Of a stretch of DNA of 64,000 nt, positions 1 to 9,618 are shown in pieces. The stretch comes from Candidatus Thorarchaeota archaeon (GTDB lineage Archaea; Asgardarchaeota; Thorarchaeia; Thorarchaeales; Thorarchaeaceae): positions 64,197 through 128,196 of the forward strand of contig JBHLQH010000008.1 in assembly GCA_048884965.1 (NCBI GenBank), written 5' to 3'. The first letter of the stretch is position 1, and the number at the start of each line of letters is the position of its first letter. A program made the translations under genes and the position numbers. Under the pieces are notes generated by a model. The model saw only the letters and a program-made list of their open reading frames with translations, did not search any database and was not told the origin of the DNA.

Positions 1-281
1 CCATAATTGGGAATCGCTTGTTGAATCCGTTGGAAGGAGATTCGAGGAAGACAACCTGTTACAATGACAGGGATATCGCCGTGCGAGAGGCTTTCTAATC
101 GATTGATGATCCTGTCTTCAGTTGGCTCTTTCACTCCGCAGCTGTTGAGAATAACGATATCTGACGACGAGTGTTCTTCGACACGCTGAAGGCCAAGATG
201 ATGCAAGCGGCCTATGATGAGGTCGGAGTCGGCCATATTTAGACTGCACCCGTATGTTTCAAGATAGAAGCGAGAGACCAT
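1..281 (-). CDS. tRNA methylthiotransferase MtaB/MiaB family radical SAM protein (5' part, runs off window)
   Basis: Manual translation MVSRFYLETYGCSLNMADSD...VILNSCGVKEPTE...VIVTGCLP matches the UPF0004 N-terminal domain (TxGC, NxCxV, GC motifs). Confidence 0.85.
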   Translation of the reverse strand, partial: MVSRFYLETYGCSLNMADSDLIIGRLHHLGLQRVEEHSSSDIVILNSCGVKEPTEDRIINRLESLSHGDIPVIVTGCLPRISFQRIQQAIPNY

Positions 282-284
282 GTT

Positions 285-566
285 CTAACCGCCTTGAACA
301 TGTGGTAGGATGATGATTTCATCATTGGGTTCTATCGTCGTGTTCAGACCGTCGAGGGTTGAGATATCCTTCATATTGAGCATTATGATCAAGTTCCCAC
401 TGATTTGGCCATTTTCCATTATCAGATTCTCAGCTTCAGAGCCCCATTTCCTCACAATTACCTCTATCACAGTATGGATTGTTGATATGTCAGGAAGCTC
501 TAGAGTTGTCTCTCCACCGCTCATGAGTCTTCGGAGCGGGCCAAATGACTTGAGTCTAATATGCAC
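285..566 (-). CDS. MoaD/ThiS/Urm1-like ubiquitin-fold protein (SAMP)
   Basis: 93 aa, beta-grasp pattern (IIMLNMKDI..LDGLNT.IEPNDEIIILP), C-terminal GG. Confidence 0.85.
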   Translation of the reverse strand: MHIRLKSFGPLRRLMSGGETTLELPDISTIHTVIEVIVRKWGSEAENLIMENGQISGNLIIMLNMKDISTLDGLNTTIEPNDEIIILPHVQGG

Positions 567-599
567 CTGTCAAACCTATGTGGATGCAGTCATGTTTCA

Positions 600-971
600 C
601 TATTCAGGCTTTTGATAGAACTCTATAAGAGCAGTCACCATAGAGTCGACCTCTGTGACTATTGCATCGATTTGTGCCTTTGTCGCATGATCAACATGGA
701 TGCCAACTGATACAAGTACTGGGATATCCAATGTTCTACTGATTCTTTCTGCAGCTGAATTGGCTACTAGATAGTCCTTGTGTCCGGGTGCGGTAATAGT
801 GTTCACACTCACAGTTGTTGCATCACGGTAGTGACTCTTTGTAGGGTATGCAAGTGCTGCTCCTCCGATGTGATGTTCATCGCCTCCAAGAATTGTCACT
901 AGCAGGTCTGTGCCTATTCTCTCATGTGATACAATGAGCTCAATTCCATCCACTGAACGAGTGATTCTCAT
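600..971 (-). CDS. LpdD-like (prenylated-flavin chaperone-like) hypothetical protein
   Basis: GxDLLVxIxGG..HIGG, GHKD and GIHVD motifs. Start moved to ATG 971 after GGAGG to avoid overlap with gcvPB. Confidence 0.6.
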   Translation of the reverse strand: MRITRSVDGIELIVSHERIGTDLLVTILGGDEHHIGGAALAYPTKSHYRDATTVSVNTITAPGHKDYLVANSAAERISRTLDIPVLVSVGIHVDHATKAQIDAIVTEVDSMVTALIEFYQKPE

Positions 972-994
972 TCCTCTACCTCCAGAATAGTTTC

Positions 995-2551
995 TCACTC
1001 TTCGTTTTGTGTCTGTTGATGGACCTTCCATGATAACGTCAATGTCTTTGGATGAGCTGCATAGTATTCATCCAACTTACGTACCGCGGTCGTATGGGGA
1101 GCCGTCTTCACAATCTCAGGCGTTGTCTTTGCTTCTTGTGCAATACGTTCATAGATGGCAATCATCGTGTCAAGCTCTTCCTTTGATTCACTTTCTGTCG
1201 GCTCAATCATCAATGCCTCAGGAACTATCAATGGGAAATATACGGTTGGGGCGTGAATACCGAAGTCCAACAGTCTCTTGGCAATATCCATAGCAGAAAT
1301 CTCTGTTGCGTCCTTGAGATTCTCAGCAGAGATGACACATTCATGCATGCGAGGAGCCTCTTGCGAAAAAGGTAGGCTAAAGCCATCCAGTCTGCTAACG
1401 TGATGTGCAATATAATTGGCGTTGAGAACAGCTATCATGGATGACTTCTTGAGACCCTGTTTACCTAGAGCGTAAGCATACGCATAGGCTCGAACAAGTA
1501 CTCCAAAGTTGCCATAGAATGATTGCACTCTGCCTATTGATCGGGGTAAGTCGTAATCGAGATAGAATGTGCTATCCTCCCTACGTCGGACCCTAGGAAC
1601 AGGTAGGTATTCAGCCAGTTCCTTTGTGACACCTACTGGTCCAGCTCCAGGTCCTCCTCCTCCATGGGGCGTCGAGAATGTCTTATGTAGATTAAGATGG
1701 ACAACATCAAATCCCATATCGCCCGGTCTCGTGATACCCATAATTGCATTGAAATTGGCGCCATCATAGTAAACCAATCCACCTGCATCATGGATTATTC
1801 CTGCGATTTCTCCAATGTTCTTCTCAAAGACTCCAATGGTATTGGGATTCGTTAGCATCAATCCAGCAGTCTTAGGCCCTGCAGCTGCTTTCACCGCTTC
1901 AATGTCGACAAGTCCGTCCTTATCCGAGGGAATGACCACTACCTTATAGCCAGCCATAGCAGCAGACGCTGGATTGGTTCCATGTGCGGCATCTGGAATA
2001 AGCATCTCAGTTCTCTGATCACACTGCTGTGTAATGCATTTGTGATACTCTCGTATCACTAAGACTCCAGTGAACTCGCCTTGCGCGCCTGCAGATGGTT
2101 GCAGTGTGACCTCACTCATACCAGTTATCTCAGCCAACCATTGTTCTAGTTCCCATAGGAGCTCTAGAGAGCCTTGAGCCTGAGATTCATCTTGATAAGG
2201 ATGAAGCCAAGCAAATCCCGGAAGACCTGCGCTGAAGTCATTCTCCACGGGATTATACTTCATCGTGCAGCTCCCAAGAGGATAGGTGCCTTGAGAAACT
2301 GAGAAGTTCATTTGGGAGAGGCGAGTATAATGCCGAATGACACCGGGTTCTGAAACCTCAGGTAGATCGGGACCCTGTTTTCTCACTAATGCACTAGGAA
2401 TCAATGTTTCGACCTTTCCTACTGCCTTGAGTATATCAGCATCAATAGTTGGAAAAGCATGGCCTATAACACCAGATTTGGAGAGCTCGAATATCAGGGG
2501 CTCATTCCAATATGCTTGCCTATATCTTTCAGAGGTTACCTTCTCAGCCAT
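995..2551 (-). CDS. gcvPB: glycine dehydrogenase (decarboxylating) subunit 2
   Basis: YPLGSCTMKYNP, QPSAGAQGE, AHGTNPASA, PLP lysine in HLNLHKTFSTPHGGGGPG. Confidence 0.97.
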   Translation of the reverse strand: MAEKVTSERYRQAYWNEPLIFELSKSGVIGHAFPTIDADILKAVGKVETLIPSALVRKQGPDLPEVSEPGVIRHYTRLSQMNFSVSQGTYPLGSCTMKYNPVENDFSAGLPGFAWLHPYQDESQAQGSLELLWELEQWLAEITGMSEVTLQPSAGAQGEFTGVLVIREYHKCITQQCDQRTEMLIPDAAHGTNPASAAMAGYKVVVIPSDKDGLVDIEAVKAAAGPKTAGLMLTNPNTIGVFEKNIGEIAGIIHDAGGLVYYDGANFNAIMGITRPGDMGFDVVHLNLHKTFSTPHGGGGPGAGPVGVTKELAEYLPVPRVRRREDSTFYLDYDLPRSIGRVQSFYGNFGVLVRAYAYAYALGKQGLKKSSMIAVLNANYIAHHVSRLDGFSLPFSQEAPRMHECVISAENLKDATEISAMDIAKRLLDFGIHAPTVYFPLIVPEALMIEPTESESKEELDTMIAIYERIAQEAKTTPEIVKTAPHTTAVRKLDEYYAAHPKTLTLSWKVHQQTQNEE

Positions 2552-3942
2552 TAGTGGTCACCTCCGACTATATCGCTGATTGCACTGACAAGTTCGTCAA
2601 TAGTTTCCTTCTTGTGAATCTCTGTGACGCAGAGCAGCATCGAGTTACCCAATTCTGGAAATTGATTGGTTAGAACGACACCACCATGCAGGTCGCGCTT
2701 CAGAAGCTCTTCGTGCACTCTTTCAGCAGTGGTGGTTTGGAACTGCACGACGAATTCCTTCCAAAATGCATTCTCAATTGCAGGTGCTATTACTCCCTTG
2801 ATATCATTGAGTTTCTTTGCTGCGTAGTGTGACTTGTAAAGAATGGATTCACCCAGCTGCTGGAAACCTGACTTGCCAAGAAGTGATGTGTATATCGCAG
2901 CTTGCACAGCCATTAAGGCTTGATTCGAGCAGATATTGCTAGTCGCCTTCTCTCTACGGATATGTTGCTCACGTGCACTAATTGTCAAAACGAACCCACG
3001 ATCATATGGTTCCTCGATGGTGCGAGTTAGTCCTACCAAACGACCAGGCATCTGAAAGACCAATTTCCGATCATTTCTACATCCAAAGATACCAAGTAAA
3101 GGACCTCCGTAGGACATGGGAACTCCCAAAGGTTGCCCTTCTGAAATCACGATATCAGCTCCGTAGTCGCCCGGGGGACGAATCATTCCCAAAGAGAGAA
3201 TATCAACGCCTGCGACAAGAAGGGCATCTGCATTGTGTGCGATGCTGGAAATCTCTTCAACCTGTGTTTCAAAGAAGCCCAGATAGGAGGGATTCTCAAG
3301 GTAGATACCAGCAACTGAGTTGTCCATCTTCTGCTTTAAGTCATCAAGCGACATCAGTCCAGTTCGAGGGTCATGGTCCACTGTTTCTATTTCGATGTCC
3401 ACAGGCTCTGTGTAGGTAATAGCAACTTTGCAATGTTCAGGGTTGATCGTGCTTGGAACAAGGAATCTGTTCCGCTTCTTTACTCTCACAGTCATCCTTA
3501 TGGCTTCAGCAAAAGCTGTCGCCATATCGTACATACTGCTGTTGACCACGTCAATCCCGAGCAGCTCAGCCATCAAACTCTGATACTCAAAAAGGGTCTG
3601 AAGCATTCCTTGACTGATCTCGGGTTGATAGCTCGTATAAGCTGTGACGAACTCAGACCTGCTACCTAGTGCGGATACTGCCGTAGGTACATAGTGTGGC
3701 GCAACTCCTGCACCTAGAAACACTCTTCCATCATTCGTTGGTCGGTTCTTCTGAGCAAGTTGAAGAACCCTCTCTGTGACCTCTATCTCAGTGTGGGAGT
3801 CAGGAAGATTCAGGTCTCGCTTAAGACGAAATTCCTTTGGGATATTTGAGAAAAGCTCCTCAAAGTCCTTCTTTCCAATTGATTTCAGCATCTCTGACTG
3901 AGTTTGGTCAGTTGCAGGAATCCAGGGATGTTTCCAGCTCAT
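2551..3942 (-). CDS. gcvPA: glycine dehydrogenase (decarboxylating) subunit 1
   Basis: FLGAG, YTSYQPEISQG, REQHIRREKATSNICSNQAL. Confidence 0.97.
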   Translation of the reverse strand: MSWKHPWIPATDQTQSEMLKSIGKKDFEELFSNIPKEFRLKRDLNLPDSHTEIEVTERVLQLAQKNRPTNDGRVFLGAGVAPHYVPTAVSALGSRSEFVTAYTSYQPEISQGMLQTLFEYQSLMAELLGIDVVNSSMYDMATAFAEAIRMTVRVKKRNRFLVPSTINPEHCKVAITYTEPVDIEIETVDHDPRTGLMSLDDLKQKMDNSVAGIYLENPSYLGFFETQVEEISSIAHNADALLVAGVDILSLGMIRPPGDYGADIVISEGQPLGVPMSYGGPLLGIFGCRNDRKLVFQMPGRLVGLTRTIEEPYDRGFVLTISAREQHIRREKATSNICSNQALMAVQAAIYTSLLGKSGFQQLGESILYKSHYAAKKLNDIKGVIAPAIENAFWKEFVVQFQTTTAERVHEELLKRDLHGGVVLTNQFPELGNSMLLCVTEIHKKETIDELVSAISDIVGGDH

Positions 3943-4078
3943 ATAGTGCTCACAACCGTCCTATTCTTGTTCTGGACGGAAAACAGCCCACCAATTAGCC
4001 TTTCGCATTGGCAAAAAATGGTTGGACCTGTCGCATGATTTTTAAACAGTACAAACATGTGCACTCGCTAGGTCATAG

Positions 4079-4405
4079 GTGGATGTTATCATGAAGCAAT
4101 GGCTCATGGAACTCCTCGCCTGCTCAGCTCAGGATTGTAGGAGCAATCTGGACCTTGAGGTCTTCGAGTCCCATGAAATAGAATCAGAAGCTGAAGCGAC
4201 TGAGGAGATTGATGAGGGATTGATAACCTGTCCCAAATGTGGCCGCTGGTATCCTGTCATCGAGGGCATTGCCTGTATGCTTCCAGATAACCTTCGATTG
4301 ACTGGAAAACAAAGAATTGAGGAAACGAAGTTCCTTGAAAGATGGAAGGAGCGATTGAGCCCTTCAATCTTGAAGCAAGGAAGACCCTTCGGGCTCTCCT
4401 CATAG
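4079..4405 (+). CDS. Trm112 family methyltransferase activator
   Basis: MKxWLMELLAC...EGLITCPKCGRWYPVIEGIACMLP. True start probably ATG 4091. Confidence 0.85.
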   Translation: MDVIMKQWLMELLACSAQDCRSNLDLEVFESHEIESEAEATEEIDEGLITCPKCGRWYPVIEGIACMLPDNLRLTGKQRIEETKFLERWKERLSPSILKQGRPFGLSS

Positions 4406-4418
4406 TATAGGAAACAAT

Positions 4419-4526
4419 AGCCCCGTGGTGTAGCGGTCCATCATATCGGGTTTTGGAATCATACAGACTCGTTCTGTATGGTGAGAATCCCCGGTGACCC
4501 AGGTTCGAGTCCTGGCGGGGCTACCA
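4419..4526 (+). tRNA. tRNA-Gln(UUG) with 32-nt intron at 37/38 (4457-4488); CCA encoded
   Basis: Acceptor stem AGCCCCG/CGGGGCT (A1-U72 typical of archaeal tRNA-Gln), T arm CCAGG-TTCGAGT-CCTGG, anticodon TTG at 4453-4455, bulge-helix-bulge plus intron hairpin ATCATACAGA/TCTGTATGGT. Confidence 0.95.
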
Positions 4527-4529
4527 ATC

Positions 4530-5396
4530 TCAATCTCCTCGATTGCTCATTCTACTAACGGGTTCATCAGGTAATTCACCGACCAAATCCCTATGAAGTC
4601 GTCTTACCTGGGATAGTACCAGTCGATCCCCATTGACTAGGACATCAACATCAATATGGTCCTTGAGTCCACTGGTTGAGAGCTTCTTCACTAGAACAGC
4701 CTCTACTTGAAAGACACCTGCGGGATTGTCCATAGCGACAGTGATTCTCATGGACTTGTCTTCGCCCTTCTCAAGGTGAACATCCTGAATCGCCAGTGCA
4801 CTCACGCTATGAATGTCGACCTTCCCCTGATGGAAGGGAACCATGGTTCGTCCTTTAGTCATATCGGCACCATCACCAATCTTGGTGATGCCAGCCTCAA
4901 ATGTCAAGCATTGGATATCATCATCATGAGAATAGATACCATGAAGAATAGTAGATAGGATATCAGCGGACTGACTGGGATCATCGTAGATGTGATCCAG
5001 CTTCTTCTCAAGGATTGGTGCGGCTAGTTGGATAGCTGCTTGATAGTGTTCTTTTCGATGAATAACCATTCCAAGATCGTGAAGATATGTTGAAGCAAGA
5101 ACTACAAGTCGGGCATCATCAGAGTCTCCAATACCTTCTGCAACTACATTCGGCTTGAATGTTACATCAAGTATGTCAAAAGCACGTAGCGCGTACCATG
5201 TTGCAACCTCAGCATGTACTTTCCCATGATCTGTATAACCTAGGCGGGAAACTGCCATCCTGTTTGCGGTTCGTAGGTAGGATTGAACACGAGGCGATCC
5301 ATTCAAGTATTGATACATCTCAAGGGACTTGGTATTTGGTTTGAGGAGTTCGCGTGGACTTACATTCTCTCGATTAAAGACTTCAGTGGTATTCAT
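4530..5396 (-). CDS. HD-domain metal-dependent phosphohydrolase
   Basis: RLGYTDHGKVH, YLHDLG, HD..., DGADMTKGR, DIHSVSA motifs of the archaeal HD family. Confidence 0.85.
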   Translation of the reverse strand: MNTTEVFNRENVSPRELLKPNTKSLEMYQYLNGSPRVQSYLRTANRMAVSRLGYTDHGKVHAEVATWYALRAFDILDVTFKPNVVAEGIGDSDDARLVVLASTYLHDLGMVIHRKEHYQAAIQLAAPILEKKLDHIYDDPSQSADILSTILHGIYSHDDDIQCLTFEAGITKIGDGADMTKGRTMVPFHQGKVDIHSVSALAIQDVHLEKGEDKSMRITVAMDNPAGVFQVEAVLVKKLSTSGLKDHIDVDVLVNGDRLVLSQVRRLHRDLVGELPDEPVSRMSNRGD

Positions 5397-5410
5397 AATA
5401 AAGAACCCCG

Positions 5411-5431
5411 AGGGACTCTGAAGGAGTCCCT
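5411..5431. terminator. intergenic hairpin (putative terminator/processing stem)
   Basis: AGGGACTC-TGAAG-GAGTCCCT, perfect 8-bp stem just 3' of the ribophorin-like gene. Confidence 0.4.
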
Positions 5432-5458
5432 GAGAGCTGATAAGATTTCCGTAAGAGG

Positions 5459-8419
5459 CTATATTTCTCCAGCTTCTTCTTGGAAAGTTAGGAGAATTCT
5501 GTCAGTTGCGGTTGTAGCCTTCTTAATGGTCTTCAGATAGTCCTGACGTGACTTCTCAAAAGCTGCGCGACTGATTTTCTGCTTCTTCTTTCTTAGTAGG
5601 AGTTGTCGAAGACCAGCCTTCGCACCCTCGATCTTCTCATCTTGGAGCTCAAGTTGAGAGATAAGATCACGGTACTTCACGCCATACTGAACTAGAGTCT
5701 CTTTCAGACTAGGAAGTGCATTCTCCACTTCTTGGATCTGATTCTTGATATCCCGATCACGAAGCATATACTCCTTCTTGGTCACCTTGCCTCGTCGCCT
5801 ATCGGAATCAAGTTTTTCCATTTCTAGGTTCAAAGCAATCTTCTTGGAGTATGTTTTTGCGAAATCAGAGAGAAGTTCTACTGGAGCCCCAGCTTGACGT
5901 GTTTCGGATAGGCCACCGCGATCATCATAGGATGATGATGAATCCTCTATGAAGCTCAGACGTCTGTATACTACAAACACAGATCCGATAAGTGCAACAA
6001 TCATTGCAAATGCGATGGGACGTAGTGCTGAGCCCAAAGAAATGCTGTAGACCAAGACAATTCTAGGCGGATTGTGAACCGTAGTATTATGTACGGTGTA
6101 CTGCAAGGTCGTATCGAAAACGCCATAGAGTAAGCGATATTCTCCACTTACTGAATGAATGCTGAAGGTTGGGGAGAGCACGACATCTACTGTGTGTGTT
6201 TGAATTAGACAATCTGCAAACGTACCCATTGGTAATGTCAGTACCTCACCAGTTGCATTAGTAATGCTATGGCCAGAAACTTGAACAGTATAGTCCATAT
6301 AGAACGTATAGCTATAGTCAGGGAAGAATCCATTCTCTCCGAATCGATCTTGCTGGAGATTGATTTGAAGGTCGACAGTCGAATTTAGATTCCATTCGCC
6401 TCCCGGTTGTGAGTTTGCAAGCACTCCGACCTCGTCATAGATCTTTACTGCTGTCACATACTCAGGTAATGTGAAGAGGAATATGTTCTCTCTTGTTGGA
6501 CCAATGTTCCTCATAGAGATCGTTTCATGGTATCTCATATAACCCCAAGGATCGATTGTGATTACAGTTTGACGGTCAGCAACAATCAAGGGAGTGAACG
6601 ACTTCATCTCATAGGTGAAAGTGTTTCTTTGCATGGGTAGCAGATTGAACCAGCTGCCTTCAGGTGAGCTAGAGATAATGGTGTCTCCGCTTCTAAAGGC
6701 AAGTATGAGCTGACCAGAGCTTAGAACGTATGGAACCAATGGTAGCTTCAAGAATTCGACTTCGTAGAAATTCTGGCTATAATCTGAAATTGTGTGCAGA
6801 GAATGGTAATAGGACGTTATTGTGAACTCGTAGACTTGATTATAGTCCACTGCCTGATACGTATAGACTCGCCAATGATAGAGTTCTTGATAGTTCTCCA
6901 AACGTGTGAGCTTGAGTGTATTGCCATCTGAGTCAACTGCGGACATATCAAGGAGTCGTGATCCATACTCCACAGGAAGGAATATCTCAATCGCGTTGAT
7001 TGGCGCAGAACCATTGTTCCTGATTGTATAAACATCACGAACCTCTGTGGTGTGAAAGAGCTTGGTAGAGAACGTTCGTTCTACATCAAGCTTCATACCA
7101 AGAAGAGGCAAGTATGGGCGATCAACATTGATATCAATCGATTCGATCGTCGTGCAATTGGATGGGTCAGTAGCATTCACCCAGATTGTATGAAGACCTT
7201 CTTCGTATCCTGTCAAATCCACTGATACATCCCACAAAGTGGTCTTGAAGTCATAGAACAACTCAATCCAATTCTCATCATCCAATCTGTAGTGAGCTCT
7301 ACGAACCCAAGACTCACTATCTGTGATATTCAGTGAGATATCAACTACGTAGCCAAGAGTTGCATTCGCTTCAGGGCTTTCAATGATGATATCAGGACCT
7401 TCGTTGGGTAATATGGTTGCAACTGGTGGAGAAGCCCATTCTGAATGTTGAACAGGTAGAGTTGTGATGTCCTCATTATTGCCGAACATCATGAAAAAGG
7501 GATACGAAATACTCGCATTATCCAAAAGCGGAATATCATGAGGGTCGGTGCTGTTCATAAGAATGTAGTACTCAAGCTGAGTCTTAGCACCATTATCACT
7601 ACCATCAGCTGCAAGAATCCTGCTTTGATTTGTATCAGGTAGATGTTGAAATGTGCTTATGCCATATTCGTCACTATAAACGATATCACTTGCAACTGAT
7701 GGGTTGAGGAAATCGTTGTTGATTCGTGAAACAGTAATGACATACTCCAAGTCTTCCCCGTACATAGGATTTGATGGTTGATTATAGGCTTCATTGGCAG
7801 GGATAATGAAATGCTTCACTTCACCAATTCGCATACCAATTATAGCATCTTTGTAACCCTGAAGCAGGCTTTCCTCGCTTATAGGGGTGGTCGATTCATC
7901 ATTGGGAATGTTCCCCTCTTCAATGATTGTACCATTCCGGAGGGAGAGTATATAGTGCACTGTGACGACATCCGATGCTGTCACGCGATCATAGTCCTCA
8001 TGAGGAGTACCAGGAGCATACCCAAAGATTAGGTCAGAGTTATTCAAACCATCGGTTCTGAAATCATATGTGGAATTCTTCCAACCGAGGGCAATCCAAC
8101 CAGATGTGGTGGCTTCTAGGCCAACAAATAGAACGGTTGAGTTATGCTCAAGGTAGACGGTGATTCCGGTGTTAGGGTCGGTATAGGATGCAGCATACTC
8201 CGTTGGATCAATAATCCCGTCTGCATTACCATAATGGTCATCAACAAAGGGAATTGTTAGATTGAGCAGTGATTCAGAAACCTCTGCAGGCTGCATAAGG
8301 TAGGAAACCACTGTGGCTTGATCCCATGTGTCATCAACAGGAGTGAGTAACATGGCACTATTTGTCACCAAGAGCGCCAATAGCAGAAATGTCGCTAGTC
8401 GTTGTTTTAGCAGACCCAA
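5459..8419 (-). CDS. ribophorin-I-like (OST1) membrane protein with N-terminal DOMON-like, FKBP-type PPIase and Ig-like domains
   Basis: Signal peptide; DOMON-like GWIALGW..SDLIFG; FKBP-like VTVHY..GYKDAIIGMRIGE..IPANEAY; Ig-like repeat; two beta-sandwich domains with ribophorin-I-like 'IDPWGYMRYHETISMRN'; one TM; cytosolic helical tail. Confidence 0.7.
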   Translation of the reverse strand: MGLLKQRLATFLLLALLVTNSAMLLTPVDDTWDQATVVSYLMQPAEVSESLLNLTIPFVDDHYGNADGIIDPTEYAASYTDPNTGITVYLEHNSTVLFVGLEATTSGWIALGWKNSTYDFRTDGLNNSDLIFGYAPGTPHEDYDRVTASDVVTVHYILSLRNGTIIEEGNIPNDESTTPISEESLLQGYKDAIIGMRIGEVKHFIIPANEAYNQPSNPMYGEDLEYVITVSRINNDFLNPSVASDIVYSDEYGISTFQHLPDTNQSRILAADGSDNGAKTQLEYYILMNSTDPHDIPLLDNASISYPFFMMFGNNEDITTLPVQHSEWASPPVATILPNEGPDIIIESPEANATLGYVVDISLNITDSESWVRRAHYRLDDENWIELFYDFKTTLWDVSVDLTGYEEGLHTIWVNATDPSNCTTIESIDINVDRPYLPLLGMKLDVERTFSTKLFHTTEVRDVYTIRNNGSAPINAIEIFLPVEYGSRLLDMSAVDSDGNTLKLTRLENYQELYHWRVYTYQAVDYNQVYEFTITSYYHSLHTISDYSQNFYEVEFLKLPLVPYVLSSGQLILAFRSGDTIISSSPEGSWFNLLPMQRNTFTYEMKSFTPLIVADRQTVITIDPWGYMRYHETISMRNIGPTRENIFLFTLPEYVTAVKIYDEVGVLANSQPGGEWNLNSTVDLQINLQQDRFGENGFFPDYSYTFYMDYTVQVSGHSITNATGEVLTLPMGTFADCLIQTHTVDVVLSPTFSIHSVSGEYRLLYGVFDTTLQYTVHNTTVHNPPRIVLVYSISLGSALRPIAFAMIVALIGSVFVVYRRLSFIEDSSSSYDDRGGLSETRQAGAPVELLSDFAKTYSKKIALNLEMEKLDSDRRRGKVTKKEYMLRDRDIKNQIQEVENALPSLKETLVQYGVKYRDLISQLELQDEKIEGAKAGLRQLLLRKKKQKISRAAFEKSRQDYLKTIKKATTATDRILLTFQEEAGEI

Positions 8420-8596
8420 TACAGATCACCGTTATTATTTTGATATATGGCGGCCTATATGGCCGAACCACGAACAATGCGCAAGAATTTCGAGTTCGTT
8501 AAAATAGTTTCCGTTAGATTAGGCATTGTACCTAATAGGAAAACTTCTGAAAAGCGTTAAAAGAAATTCGAATTTGGAAGACAAGAGGTTTTTCAG

Positions 8597-9613
8597 ATGC
8601 TGCTAATGTTGATGGTTGCTATAGTATCGTTTGCCGTAGTCATCATTTTCATGCCAGGTACAATCAAGCTGCTAAAAGAGAAAGGCAAAATTGGTATTGA
8701 TGTACATAAGCCAGATAGACCAGAAATTCCCAAAGGTGGGGGCTTTGTATTTCTCTTTGCCATTGTCTCATCCATTTTGGCAGTAATCGGAGTCACAACC
8801 TTCCTAAATGGAGAAACCAATCTCGGACTCCTTGCAGCACTGGTATCCATACTCATGGCTGGAATGGTAGGTTTGCTGGATGATAATTTGGATTTCAGAA
8901 ATCGGACAAAGGTCGTATTGCCAATAGTCGCATCGATTCCCATTATGGCGATGCAGGTTGGAACAACAACGATGTCCATACCATTCATTGGTACTCTTGA
9001 CCTTGGGATTCTCTATCCATTATTGGTTGTCCCATTGATGATGACGTTTATCATAGATTCAACGAATATGTACGGAGGTATGAACGGGTTAGAAGCTACG
9101 TTAGCTGGAATCAATGCCTCAGCGATCGTGCTCTTCGTCTTTCTAAGGTCTGTGGTACTTCAAGACCCTATCACATCTGGACAAAATGATGCGGGGATTG
9201 TCGCAGCAGCACTACTCGGCGCGACTCTTGGCTTTCTCATCTTCAACTGGTATCCAGCAAAGGTACTTCCAGGAGATGTTGGACGGCTTGCCCTTGGCGC
9301 AACTGTCGCATCTGCGTTGATTCTTGGGAACATGGATCGTTTGGCTGTGATGCTATATGCACCATTTATGTTGAACTTCATCTTGTATATCATCTACAGA
9401 ATTTATGTGAAAAGAAAAGATATTGGCTGGACGAAGTTTGCCACCCCAAGGGAGGATGGAACTCTTGAGGTGGTAGGACCATTCACAATATACTGGCTAC
9501 TTCCTTGGCTTTCAAAGCAGATCACAGAAAGAACGAATGTGATAGCACTCGCAATCCTCCAAGCGGTATTGGCATACGGAACAGTACTAGTGCTGATATT
9601 TCCCATATTCTAG
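8597..9613 (+). CDS. UDP-GlcNAc:dolichol-phosphate GlcNAc-1-P transferase (AglH/Alg7, MraY/GT4 family)
   Basis: G.DVHKP..PEIPKGGG, GLLDD, NMYGGMNGLE, FNWYPAKVLPGDVG; polytopic. Confidence 0.88.
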   Translation: MLLMLMVAIVSFAVVIIFMPGTIKLLKEKGKIGIDVHKPDRPEIPKGGGFVFLFAIVSSILAVIGVTTFLNGETNLGLLAALVSILMAGMVGLLDDNLDFRNRTKVVLPIVASIPIMAMQVGTTTMSIPFIGTLDLGILYPLLVVPLMMTFIIDSTNMYGGMNGLEATLAGINASAIVLFVFLRSVVLQDPITSGQNDAGIVAAALLGATLGFLIFNWYPAKVLPGDVGRLALGATVASALILGNMDRLAVMLYAPFMLNFILYIIYRIYVKRKDIGWTKFATPREDGTLEVVGPFTIYWLLPWLSKQITERTNVIALAILQAVLAYGTVLVLIFPIF

Positions 9614-9618
9614 CAAAA

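Noticed and set aside
8451-8465. CGGCC-TATAT-GGCCG dyad in the ribophorin/AglH divergent promoter
   Set aside because: Single copy with 5-bp arms; too weak to call.
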